Positions 13,751-26,080 of a stretch of 64,000 bases of DNA are shown in pieces (position 1 is the stretch's first letter; every line of letters begins with the position of its first letter). The DNA lies in assembly GCF_036971445.1 (NCBI RefSeq), contig NC_091470.1:189720001-189784000 (forward strand). Direction: 5' to 3'. The notes under the pieces were generated by a model. The model was not told the DNA's origin, searched no databases, and saw nothing but the letters and a program-made list of their open reading frames with translations. The DNA is from Narcine bancroftii. Lineage: Eukaryota. The position numbers were made by a program, and so were the translations under genes.

Positions 13751-14885
13751 GGAGTTCTCCTTGTATTCTGGTACCAAAACCAGATGGAACTGTTAGGTTC
13801 TGTACAGATGACAGGAAGGTTAATTCAGTAACTAAAACAGATGCTTATCCTATTCTGAGAATAGATGACTGTATTGATAAAATTGGAAACACTAAATTTC
13901 TTACTAAGTTGGATTTATTGAAGGATTACTGGTGTGTGCCTTTAACTGAGAGAGGAAAGAATATTTCAGCTTTTGTTACTCCATCTGATTTATATGAGTA
14001 TAATGTGTAACCTTTTGGCATGGAAAATGCCCCTGCAACATTCCAAAGGATGGTTAATTCAGTAATCCAAAGATTAACTCATACAGATGCTTATATTGAT
14101 GACTTGGTCACAAAAAGTGACACATGGGAAGAACATTGAAGGTTATCCCAAGCAAACTTAACTGTTAATTTAGTAAAAAGTCAATTTGCAAATGCCACAG
14201 TAACATATTTGGGTTCTGTAGTTGGCCATGGCAAAGATGCACCTATTCAAGCTAAGGTGAATGCAGTTTCTGAGTTTCCTATTCCCAATGGCAAGAAAGC
14301 AGAGAGAAGGTTTTTAGGAATGACAGGATATTATAGAAAATTTTGCAGAAATTTTGCTGAGGTCACTCTTCCTTTAACCAATGTTTTGAAGAAAGGGGAG
14401 GAATTTGTGTGGACTAAAGTTTGTCAGACAGCTTTGGAAATTTTAAAAGAGATGCTATGCCATTGCCCTGTGTTAAAATCTCCCAATTTTGACAAACCTT
14501 TTTCTGTCGCAGTGGATGCCAGTGAGGGAGCAACAGGTGCAGTTTTATTGTAAAAACATAATGAAATTGACCATCCAGTTGCCTACTTTTCAAAAAAATT
14601 CAACGTTCATCAAAGGAACTATTCCACAATTGAACTGTTTTTTATCTTATTGTTCTGCAGAATTTTGATGTATATCTTGGGACCTCTCATGAACCAATTG
14701 TTATATTCACTGACCACAATCCTCTGGTGGTTTTGAATGAAATGAAGATTAAAAACAGAAGATTGTTAAACTGGAGTTTGATATTACATGAGGTATAAAT
14801 AATGTGATTGCCAATTGTTTGATTGTGTATAAAAATACTCTCAAAATTGGGTTACTGTATTATAACATGTTATATATTATGTATT
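13751..14885 (+). mobile_element. Gypsy copy 1, segment 2 (RT and RNase H), degenerate
   Basis: SSPCILVPKPDGTVRFCTD, LDLLKDYW, AYIDD, FLGMTGYYRKF, VAVDAS. It resumes exactly where segment 1 stops. Confidence 0.9.
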
Positions 14886-17800
14886 CAATAGGACGTCGGA
14901 CCTCGGGCCTCCGGCAGCGGTAGCAACAGGACCTCGGGCCGCCGTCGGAAGCCCGAGGTCCTGTTGCTGCCGCCGCCGGAGGCCCGAGGTCCTGTTGCTA
15001 CCGCTGCCGGAGGCCCGAGGTCCTGTTGCTGCCGCCGCCGGAGGCCCGAGGTCCTGTTGCTACCGCTGCCGGAGGCCCGAGGTCCTGTTGCTGCCGCCGC
15101 CGGAGGCCCGAGGTCCTGTTGCTGCCGCCACCGGAGGTCAGGCAAACCCCGGCAGCTCGCACAGCCCGACTGTTGGCAGCCGAGCCCCGGGCCGGGAGCG
15201 ATCAATGAGGTATTACAAGGAGGCTAAATGTGTTAAATTATGAAGGTAGGAAACATATTAATCAAACTGAGATGCTCAGAATAATTAATAAGGCATAAAT
15301 TTAAAAATTAGTGTTAAATGACTGCAGGGTGTCAGGGAGCACATTTTGAAAGACTGTGAAATTCCTTGGGTGCAGTGACTTTACATGCCATGAAGAGTCC
15401 AAAGGGGCACATGGTCCTTTATAGTTCTCGGCCGCGGCAGGAGTAAGCGAACGCAGGCCGATTCCAGGGCGCACCACTGCATAACTGGGGACAGCGGTCG
15501 TAGATCTCCAAAATGGTTTGAGCTAAAAGGGGAGGCAGGCCTCTTCAGCCCGGTGAGGCAACCTGCATAGGAGAAGGTCACTCCAATATAAAACATATGA
15601 CCCAAGGACCTCGCTGCCACGTCCCAGCTTGCTTGGCCACGGCACACGAACCATGGGTGTAAAGGGCCAGTACTGCGCACACTGCACTCCACCTAAAAGC
15701 TCCTTTGCGCAGGCCTGAGGACAGTCCTTCCCCTCAAAAGATGCTCACAAACTCAAGCTGGCATGTTGGAACATCAGAACCATGTTAGACAAGGCTGAAA
15801 GCCACCGACCTGAACGTCGGTCTGCCCTCATCGCATATGAACTCCTCAGACTCGATATCGACATAGCCGCTCTCAGCGAAGTCTGCCTTGCATATGTAGG
15901 CAGGCTCCAAGAACACGGCGCGGGCTTCACACTCTGCTGGTCTGGCAAGCCTCAGGCTGAACGACGCCTATCTGGTGTAGGCTTCATGGTTAAGAACTCC
16001 ATTGCTTCCAAACTCGAAAACCTCCCGACAGGCCACTCTGACTGGATCATATCTATGCGACTCCCCCTTCAAAAGAAGCGAAATATCACTCACATCAGTG
16101 TCTATGCTCCAACCCTTCAGGCGGAACCAGCAGTAAAGGACAAGTTCTACACTGATCTGCGCAACCTCATCCAACACACCCCTACAGCCGACAAGGTTTT
16201 CAACCTTGGCGACTTCAACGCTCGCATCGGCAAAGACTCAGAAACCTGGCCAGGAATCCTGGGCAAGCATGGTGTCGGCAAGTGCAATGACAAAGGGCGC
16301 CTCCTGTTGGAACTTTGCGCAGAACAGCGGCTTGTCATTACTAACACCCTTTTCCAGCAGAGAGATAGCCTGAAGACTACCTGGATGCATCCCCGATTCA
16401 AACACTGGCACCTCCTGGACTACGTTCTGGTGCGAGGAAGAGACAAATGAGATGTGCTCCACACCAGGGTCTTCCCCAGCGCGGAATGCAACACTGACCA
16501 CCGGCTTGTTCACTGCAAGCTCAACCTTCACTTCAAGCCAAAGTTCAAGAATAGTGGAGCCCCCAGAAAGAGGTTCAATGTTGGAAACTTGCAGTCAGAC
16601 GTAGTGAGAGGAAATTCCAGGCAAACCTCCAAGCAAAGCTCGAGGATGCAAACTGCCTCACGGACACGTCTCCTGAAACCCTCTGGGATCAGCTGAAAAC
16701 GGCCATACTGCAATCCACTGAAGAGGTACTGGGCTTCTCTTCCAGGAAAAACAAGGACTGGTTTGACGAAAACAACCAGGAAATCCAGGAGCTGCTGGCA
16801 AAGAAGCGAGCTGCCCACCAGGTTCACCTTGCAAAGCCGTCCTGGCCAGAGAAGAAACGAGCCTTCCGTTGCACATGCAGCCATCTTCAGCGCAAACTCC
16901 GGGAGATCCAAAATGAGTGGCGGACTAGTCTCGCCAAATGAACCCAGCTTAGCGCCGACATTGGCGACTTCAGGGGTTTTTATAAGGCACTAAAGGCTGT
17001 GTACGCCCCCTCACCCCAAGTCCAAAGCCCTCTGTGCAGCTCAGACGGCGAAGTCCTCCTCAGCGACAAGATCTCCATCCTCAATCGATGGTCAGAACAC
17101 TTCCAATCTCTTTTCAGTGCCAACCGCTCAGTCCAAGACTCCTCCCTGCTCCAGCTCCCTCAACAACTCTTGAGGCTAGGGCTGGATGAGGTCCTCACCC
17201 GGGAAGAGACATATAAGGCAATTGAACAACTGAAAAGTGGCAAAGCAGCAGGTTTGGATGGAATCCCCCCAGAGGTCTGGAAGGCTGGCGGCAAAACTCT
17301 GCGTGCCAAACTACATGAGTTTTTCAAGCTCTGCTGGGACCAAGGAAAGCTGCCTCAGGACCTTTGTGATGCCATCATCATCACCCTGTACAAAAACAAA
17401 GGCGAGAAATCAGACTGCTAAAACTACAGGGGAATCACGCTACTCTCCATTGCAGGCAAAATCTTCGCTAGGATTCTCCTTAATAGACTAATACCTAGTG
17501 TCGCCGAAAATGTCCTCCCAGAATCACAGTGTGGCTTTCGCTCAAACAGAGGAACTACTGACATGGTCTTTGCCCTCAGACAGCTCCAAGAAAAGTGCAG
17601 AGAACAAAACAAAGGACTCTACATCACCTTTGTTGACCTCACCAAAGCCTTCGACACCGTGAGTAGGAAAGGGCTTTGGCAAATACTAGAGCACCTCGGA
17701 TGCCCCCCAAAGTTCCTCAACATGGTTATCCAACTGCACAAAAACCAACAAGGTCGGGTCAGATACAGCAATGAGTTCTCTGAATCCTTCTCCATTGACA

Positions 17801-18974
17801 TCGGCGTGAAGCAAGGCTGCGTTCTCTCACCAACCCTCTTTACTATCTTCTTCAGCATGATGCTGAAACAAGCCAATAAAGACCTCAACAATGAAGACGG
17901 TGTTTACATCTGGTACCGCACGGATGGCAGTCTCTTCAATCTGAGGCACCTGCAAGCTCACACCAAGACACAAGAGCAACTTGCCCGTGAACTACTCTGC
18001 AGACGATGCCGCTTTAGTTGCCCATTCAGAGCCAGCTCTCCAGCACATGACGTCCTGTTTTGCGGAAACTGCCAAAATGTTTGGCCTGGAAGTCAGCCTG
18101 AAGAAAACTGAAGTCCTCCATCAGCCAGCTCCCCACCATGACTACCAGCCCCCCAACATCTCCATCGGGCACACTGAACTCAAAACGGTCAACCAGTTTA
18201 CCTACCTCGGCTGCACCATTTCATATGATGCAAGGATCGACAAAGAGATAGACAATAGACTCGCCAAGGCAAATAGCGCCTTTGGAAGACTTCACAAAAG
18301 AGTCTGGAAAAACAACCTCCTGAAGAAACACACAAAGATCAGCGTGTACAGAGCCGTTGTCATACCCACACTCCTGTTCGGCTCCGAATCATGGGTCCTC
18401 TACCGGCATCACCTATGGCTCCTAGAACGCTTCCATCAGCGCTGTCTCCGCTCCATCCTCAACATTCATTGGAGCGACTTCATCACCAACATCGAAGTAC
18501 TCGAGATGGCAGAGGCCGACAGCATCGAGTCCATGCTGCTGAAGATCCAGCTGTGCTGGGTGGGTCACGTCTGCAGAACGGAGGACCATCGCCTTCCCAA
18601 GATCGTGTTATATGGTGAGCTCTCCACTGGCCACCGTGACAGAGGTTCACCAAAGAAGAGGTACAAGGACTGCCTAAAGAAATCTCTTGGTGCCTGCCAC
18701 ATTGACCACCGCCAGTGGGCTGATATCGCCTCAGACCGCACATCTTGGCACCTCACAGTTCGGCGGCAGCAACCTCTTTTGGAGAAGACCACAGAGCCCA
18801 CCTCACTGACAAAAACCCAACACCCAACCCCAACCAACTAATTTTCCCTTGCAACTGCTGCAACCGTGCCTGCCTGTCCCGCATTGGACTTGTCAGTCAC
18901 CAACGAGCCTGCAGCAGACATGGACATACCCCTCCATAAATCTTCGTCCTCGAAGCCAAGCCAAAGAAAAGAAA
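14886..18974 (+). mobile_element. Near full-length RTE LINE, inactivated by stops and frameshifts
   Basis: 12-bp TSD ATATTATGTATT at 14874-14885 and 18975-18986. APE ORF 15782-16450, RT ORFs 17563-18111 and 17981-18841, 3' tail GAAGCCAAGCCAAAGAAAAGAA. Confidence 0.94.
14895..15135 (+). repeat. 31-bp GC-rich tandem repeat with an inverted leading copy, at the RTE 5' end
   Basis: Unit CCGGAGGCCCGAGGTCCTGTTGCT(G/A)CCGC(C/T)G, about 6 copies. 14898-14940 is the reverse complement of the unit. Confidence 0.9.
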
Positions 18975-18986
18975 ATATTATGTATT

Positions 18987-19565
18987 GTTATCTCTTTAGT
19001 GCTTTTTAATTTAGTTTAGTTATAACTGTATTTTAACTCAAGAGTTAAAATTCCTTTAAAGGGGGAAGGTGTTACAGAGTATATGGAAGTGTTTGGGAGA
19101 TTAATTGGGGAAGGTTTGTTAGAGCAGGTCACACGCAAGCACTTTACAACAAAATATTTGCTGGAGTTTTGTGGAGTGCTCACAGACTTCAATGATGGAC
19201 TGTTAATTGCAACAGGCAACAATGTAGCAACATGCAGTAGCAGCTTTGTATGGAAAACAGGTTGCTGTCTGGAAGAGCATGTGATCTTTGCAGGCAGAGG
19301 CAGAACAGCTTTGCTCTCAGTGTTGGGAGGGAATGAGAGAGAGGAAAAACAGAGACCAGTTCCAGAAGGACAAGCTGGCAAGCTTTGGAAGATGGCCTGG
19401 TCAAAGGAGAGGACTGGCTATCCGGTGTTTCCCTTGGAATAGGAGAAACAGAAAGGAACTCTGTGGTGACCTAAAAAAAAGAGGTAATCATCTGGGGAAT
19501 CCTGAAAGGGGGAAAGCGTCATCAGCGAAGCACTGGAGTGGCTGATTAAGAAGTAATCAGTTCTT
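18987..19565 (+). mobile_element. Gypsy copy 1, segment 3: polypurine tract and truncated 3' LTR
   Basis: PPT AAAGGGGGAAGG at 19058-19069, followed by TGTTACAGAG at 19070. It is the reverse complement of the LTRs ending at 45597 and 62360. Confidence 0.85.
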
Positions 19566-19569
19566 AGTA

Positions 19570-20320
19570 TTGAGCGACGGAACACGGAAATGCAAAGTTG
19601 CGTTTCCCTGGAGAAAATAATTTACAATCTGAGGAACAAGTCCAGCACCTTTCGGAATATTTGGCAGCCATACATGCACGACACAGGTGCATGGAAGTGA
19701 TTGTTCTACCGTTCCTTGCTGCAGCTCCCTCTCTCCCGTGCTGATCCCAATCAAAGCAAATCAAGAATGAGCACTGGCCCGGAAGCCGTCCGTTGAGCCG
19801 TGATAGTCCCAGTTTCTTTTTTTCATTTTTAAAATTATTTGTACTTTTATTCATTTCTTTAATGTTAATGTGTCTTATTGACATTGTAGTATGAATGAAT
19901 CATTTAATTTTACAGGTGGGGGGAGGGAGGTGGGTAATGACATGGGCTTGTATATACTTTATTTGGTGGAGAGTGAGATAACTTTAACGACATCTGATCT
20001 GCATGTATTAGCTTTTATTTCTGTTATGGCCAAGCAGGCGGTGTTGCTCAGATGGAGGGACGTTACCCTACCTCATCATGCTCAATGGCTACGTGGCGTC
20101 ATGTTATGTTTAAATTCAGAGATGAGATGCTCAATTTCTGATGTCAATTTAAATTTTCAAACCCTTTTGAATTACTTTTGTAATCATTCATTTGCTGTGA
20201 AGGTAGAACTGTTAACAAATGTGTTAATTTATCCCTCTGCTAAGAATTCTGCCTTCCTGTTTTTGGCCAAACAGCTTCTTTCTTGGTAGTGGGTTTAGAT
20301 TTTTCTTTTTTAGAATGTAT
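19570..20320 (+). mobile_element. Two old L1-clade ORF2 C-terminal/3' fragments
   Basis: Readable as EKIIYNLRNK..F.NIWQPY (~19610-19675) and AKQAVLLRWRD..PHHAQWL (ORF 19891-20289). Confidence 0.6.
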
Positions 20321-20335
20321 TAATAAAACAATAGA

Positions 20336-23300
20336 GGGGGGAGTCACGTGATGGAGTAGTGGCCGGACGGTGAACTCCAGCCCTCTCCAGAAAAGTCGGA
20401 AAAAACAAAGGAAAACACAAAGGCACAAAAATAAAAATTAAAGAAAAGTGAGTATAAAGGTGGAAAGAAGATGGCGACGAAAAAAGAAAAATCGAAATCA
20501 ACGGTAAGAAGAGAGGAAGAGAAGACAACGGAAGAAGAAGGAGAAGGCCTTACCTGTTCGAAGAGGCCCGCGGTGGAGAGAGAAACCCGCTCCCTCAGGT
20601 CGGTAGAAAGTGGACTACAAAAATGGCTCACTGAGCCGAGTAAAAGTGCGCAACCGGGCATGCGCGAGGAGTCGCGCATGCGCGATGCGCATACAAAAAA
20701 ACACACCGACGGGAGGGGTGACCAGCTGGAGAGTCGATCTCCACAGCCGGCAATGACAGCTGCAGAACACCTGCAGCAAGAGGAGAACATAGAAGACAAT
20801 GAAAACGAGAAAGAAGAGAAGAAAAGGGCAACAAAGAAACAACAGATGGCCAACCCAGAGGAAGAGGAAGAGTACAGTGAAATAGAAGAAGAAGGGAAAG
20901 GCAAGATAAAGGATATACTTTCTCTTATTAAAGAATACATGGAGTCATTTAAAGAATGGCAAGCGCAAGAATTTAATGATTTAAGAAGAAGAATAAACAA
21001 TACAGAAGAGAAAATGAATAAAATAGATATGACCTTAACAGAAATGGGAAAGAGAATGGACAAGATGGAAGAGCGGGAAGCAGCAGTAGAAATGGAGGTA
21101 GAGGACTTAAAAAAGAAATTAGAGGAATCTAATAAAAAAGTTATAGAGACACAAGAACTGTTAGCTCAGAAAATAGATATAATGGAAAATTATAACAGAA
21201 GAAATAACATAAAGATAGTGGGCCTTAAGGAAGATGAAGAAGGCAAGAATATGAGAGAGTTTATAAAAGACTGGATCGCCAGGATCCTAGGATGTCCAGA
21301 ACTACAGCAAGAAATGGAAATAGAAAGGGCACATAGAGCAGTGGCCTTTAAACCACAACCACAACAAAAGCCAAGATCTATTTTAGTAAAATTCCTAAGA
21401 TATACTACAAGAGAAAAGGTACTGGAGAAGACAATGGAAAAAGTAAGAGAGGGCAACAAGCCACTGGAGTACAAAGGGCAAAAAATCTTCATTTATCCAG
21501 ATATAAGTTTTGAACTCCTGAAGAAGAGAAAGGAGTTCAATACAGCAAAGGCGATTTTATGGATGAAAGGGTATAAATTTATACTAAAGCATCCAGTGGT
21601 ATTGAAAATATTTATTCCAGGACAACAAAACAGACTATTCTCGGATCCAGAGGAAGCACGAAAATTTGCAGAACAATTACAAAATAGACTGAGGGATGAA
21701 GACGTGTAACGAGAGTACAAAAGACTGCAAACTAAAAAGACACATAAGTTTTGAACTCCTGAAGAAGAGAAAGGAGTTCAATACATCGAAAACGATCTTA
21801 TGGGGAAAAAAAAACTATTCTTGGATCCAGAGGAAGCAAGGAAATTTGCAGAACAACTACAAAACAACCAGAGAGATGAAGATATGTAATAAGAGTAAAA
21901 ATGACCACGATTTATATGTATGTGGGTAAAGAGGTATATGTGTGTTTATGTATAATGTGCATACATGAATGTATCCGTATTTAGAGGAAAATATAGATAG
22001 TATAGACAAGAATTAATAAGGGAAGGAAATGGAATAGAGGGAATAAGGAGGGAATTAAAAGAGTGACCTTTGTGACATATGAAAAGTGAAATCTTTTCTG
22101 GGGGGGGCTGGGTGGGGAGGAGTTGCGGTCACTGCAAAATCAGCTGACGCTTGCGAGTGAATTCGCAAATCCAAATGGAGAGGGGAGATGTGGTTGTCCG
22201 ACAAGGGATAAAGGACAACTCAGGAGGGGAAGGGGAGATTGGGGCTAAAGAAGTTTTAAATAGGAGAATAAGGAAAATGTTTGATGTTTTAGGAATGTTG
22301 TCTTATAAAGGGTTCAAAACAAGAAAACGGAAATGGATAAGAAGGAAAGGTAATGATGGAGAAACGGAAAGGGAAGATAAACAAAGTATAAAATGGCTAC
22401 GTTGAACTATATGACTTTAAATATTAATGGAAGACATAACCAAATTAAAAGGAAGAAACTGCTAAATTTACTGAAAAAAGAAAAAATTGATATAGCATTT
22501 GTGCAAGAAACACATTTAACTGAATTGGAGCACAAGAAATTAAAGAGAGATTGGGTAGGACACGTAACAGCAGCATTGTATAATTCAAAAGCAAGAGGAG
22601 TAGCTATATTAATTAGTAAAAATGTGCCATTTAAAATAGAAGAGGAAATAATAGATCCAGCAGGGAGATATGTAATGATAAAATGTCAGATATATTCGGA
22701 GTTACTCAATGTATATTCACCTAATGAAGAAGATCAAAAGTTTATGCAAGATATCTTTTTGAAGGTAGTGGATACGCAAGGGAACATATTAATAGGAGGG
22801 GATTTCAACCTGAATTTGGATTCAAATATGGACAAAACTGGGAAAAAAATTAACAGAAAGAACAAAGTAACCAAATTTATAATTAAATCGATGCAAGAAA
22901 TGCAACTTTTGGATATATGGAGGAAACAACACCCAAAGGAAAAGGAATATTCATATTACTCGGCTAGACATAAAACATACTCAAGAATAGACCTATTTTT
23001 GTTATCAGCTCGTATGCAAGATAGAGTAAGAAAAACAGAATATAAAGCTAGAATACTATCAGACCATTCACCCTTAATATTGACAGTAAAGTTAGAGGAC
23101 ATCCCTCCAAGAATGTATAGATGGAGATTAAACCCCATGTTACTTAAAAGGCAGGATTTTAGAGAATTTATTGAAAAACTAATAAAAATGTATTTTGAAA
23201 TATATACGGAATCAGTGGAAGATAAGTTTATACTATGGGATGCAATGAAAGCATTCATTAGAGGGCAAATAATAAGTTATGTAATCAAGATGAAGAAGGA

Positions 23301-25216
23301 CTATAATCAGGAAACAGAGCAGTTGGAAAGGGAAATAGTAAATATAGAAAAAGAATTAGCAATGAAGGAAGATACAACTAAAAGAAGAGAATTGGCAGAT
23401 AAAAAAATAAAATATGAAACACTACAAACATATAAGGTGGAGAAGAATATAATGAAGACAAAACAGAAATATTATGAACTAGGTGAAAAAACGCACAAAA
23501 TCCTAGCATGGCAGCTTAAGACAGAACAAGCTAAGAAAATGGTATTGGCATCAAGGAAAAAAGACAAACAAATTACATATAATCCAAAAGAAATTAAGGA
23601 AAACTTTAGAGAATTCTATGAACAATTATACCGAACTGAAAACGAAGGGAAAATAGATGAATTTCTGACTAAAGTTGAACTACCAAAACTACAAATAGAG
23701 GAACAAAATAAATTAACAGAGCCATTTGGAATAGTAGAAATACAAGAGATAATAAAAAAATTACCAAATAATAAGACACCAGGAGAGGATGGATTCCCAA
23801 TAGAATTCTACAAAACATTTAAAGATTTATTAATTCTGCCCCTCCTAGAAATAATCAACCAGATTGATAAAACACAAAGCTTACCAGAGTCATGTAAAAC
23901 AGCAATAATTACAGTAATACTAAAGCAGGGGAAAGATCCACTCACACCAGCGTCATATAGACCAATACCTTTACTTAACACAGATTAAAAGATAATAGCT
24001 AAACTATTAGCAAACAGATTAGCAGAGTATGTACCGAAAATGGTAAATTTAGACCAATCTGGATTTATCAAAAAAAGACGCACAACAGACAATATTTGTA
24101 AATTTATTAACTTAATTCATGCAGTAGAAGGGAATAAAGCACATACAGTAGCAGTTGCTTTAGACGCAGAGAAGGCCTTTGACAGAGTAGAATGGAATTA
24201 TTTGTTCAAAGTATTGCAAAAATTCAGTTTACCGGAGAAGTATATTAATTGGATTAAAGCATTATATAAGGGACCGTTAGCGAAAGTGACAGTAAATGGA
24301 CATGTATCAAAGCAATTTAACTTAAGCAGGTCAACACGGCAGGGATGCCCACTATCACCTTTATTGTTTGCGTTAGCTATAGAACCACTAGCAGAATTGA
24401 TAAGAACAGAAAATAATATAAAAGGAATAAAAATAAAAGACAAGGAATATAAAATCAGTTTATTTGCGGATGATGTTATAGTGTACTTAACAGAACCAGA
24501 ACTATCAATAAAAGAATTATATAAGAAATTGAAGGAATATGGAGAAGTGTCGGGTTACAAGATAAACGTAAATAAAAGTGAAGCAATGCCTATGAATAAT
24601 GCGGATTTCTCAAAATTTAAGAAGGAATCACCGTTTAGATGGCAAATGCAAGCAATAAGATACCTAGGTGTACAAATAAACAAAAATCTCGGCCAACTAT
24701 ATAAACTCAATTATTATCCACTAATGAAAAAATTACAGGACGATTTAGAGCATTGGAAAGATTTACCACTAACACTAATAGGAAGGATAAACTGTATTAA
24801 AATGAACATTTTTCCAAGGATATTATACTTATTTTAGGCATTGCCAATACAACTGACAGAGAAATTCTTCAAGGAGTTAAAGAAAATAATAAGGAAATTT
24901 TTATGGAGAGGGGGGAAACCGAGGATAGCACTAGATAAATTAACAGAATGGTATAAACAAGGAGGCTTACAACTGCCAAACTTTTAAAATTATTATAGAG
25001 CCGCACAATTAAGATACCTATCAGATTTTTATCAAAGAAGGGAAAAGCCAGATTGGACGAGATTAGAATTAGATAAAATAGGGGAAAAGATACCTGAACA
25101 CATATTATATAAATGGGATGAAAAATTGGTACAATATAGATGTTCTCCAGTATTACATCATCTCCTCAATATTTGGAAGAAGATTCATGTAGAAAGAAAT
25201 AAAACAAAAAAAATAA
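20336..25216 (+). mobile_element. L1-clade LINE (family A), 5'-complete but 3'-truncated
   Basis: 14-bp TSD AATAAAACAATAGA at 20322-20335 and 25217-25230. G-run start, intact ORF1, and ORF2 from 22393 with premature stops at 23986, 24835 and ~24985. Confidence 0.95.
20471..21709 (+). CDS. L1 ORF1p (coiled coil, RRM, C-terminal domain), open reading frame intact
   Basis: 412 aa with ENYNRRNNIKIVGLKE, IERAHR, PRSILVKF and IFIYPD motifs typical of L1 ORF1p. Confidence 0.9.
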   Translation: MATKKEKSKSTVRREEEKTTEEEGEGLTCSKRPAVERETRSLRSVESGLQKWLTEPSKSAQPGMREESRMRDAHTKKHTDGRGDQLESRSPQPAMTAAEHLQQEENIEDNENEKEEKKRATKKQQMANPEEEEEYSEIEEEGKGKIKDILSLIKEYMESFKEWQAQEFNDLRRRINNTEEKMNKIDMTLTEMGKRMDKMEEREAAVEMEVEDLKKKLEESNKKVIETQELLAQKIDIMENYNRRNNIKIVGLKEDEEGKNMREFIKDWIARILGCPELQQEMEIERAHRAVAFKPQPQQKPRSILVKFLRYTTREKVLEKTMEKVREGNKPLEYKGQKIFIYPDISFELLKKRKEFNTAKAILWMKGYKFILKHPVVLKIFIPGQQNRLFSDPEEARKFAEQLQNRLRDEDV

Positions 25217-25727
25217 AATAAAACAATAGATTGGGTTACCTAAAATTAGAAAAATCAAAATGTTCAGGGCTTTGGATTTAAGGTCATTTCGGAGGAATAT
25301 GATGTGTTATTCCTCAAGTTTACATTTAGCCTCAGCACTCACCTAAATTCCACACTACCTCAGTCCTCACTTTCCAATCCACCAGCCTCTGCAACAGACA
25401 CACCACGCTCCCAACAATTTCAGTGTGATCCCATCACCAGCCACCATCCTCTCCCCAACCCATTCATTGTTTTGCAGGGATCAGTCTCTCAGAGTTCCCT
25501 ACTCTGCTTGTCACACCCTTCTTTCCTCCTGTTGTACCTGCAGAAGGTGTAAAATTTGTCCAGACCACTTCTCACCTCCATCCAGGATCACAAAAAACGT
25601 GGCTTCCCCTCTACCACCCTTTTCTCCTCCATTTTCCACACATCTGCCCTGGCCCCGTTCCATCCCAAGATCCACAAGGACAGGATCCTTCTTGTTCCCA
25701 TCTACTAACCCATCAGACTCCATTTGG

Positions 25728-26080
25728 ACAGGAGATATAGAAAGGTTGTTTCCCATGGTAGGAGAATCTAGAACAAGAGGGTTCAACTTCAGTATTGAAA
25801 GGCATCCACACAGAACAGAAATGCATAGGAATTTCTTCAGCCAGAGGGTGGTAAACCTGTGGAATTGGTCATTAGATGTTTTTGTGGATGCCAGGTTATT
25901 GGGTGCATTTAAGGCAGAGATTGATAAGTTCATATTTAGCCGGGTGATCAAAGTTTATGGGGAAAAGGCCTGGAAGTGGGGCTGAGTGGGACAATGGATC
26001 AGCTCATGAGTGAATTGCAGGGCAGACTCAATGGGTTGAATTGCCAGATTCTGCTCATATGTTTTATGGTCTTGTGGTCT
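25728..26080 (+). mobile_element. CR1 3' fragment
   Basis: RLFPMVGESRTRG and RNFFSQRVVNLWN, followed by a 3' UTR with the TGTTTTATGGTCTTGTGGTCT tail. Confidence 0.8.

Noticed and set aside
13132-14010. 292-aa ORF fusing a Pro-rich repeat to Gypsy RT
   Set aside because: It is a chance read-through across the RTE insertion junction and TSD.
20344-21063. 239-aa antisense ORF in the L1 5' region (ORF0-like)
   Set aside because: It is explained by the purine-rich ORF1 strand. A minus-strand CAG|GTAAGG at ~20549-20557 is not enough evidence.
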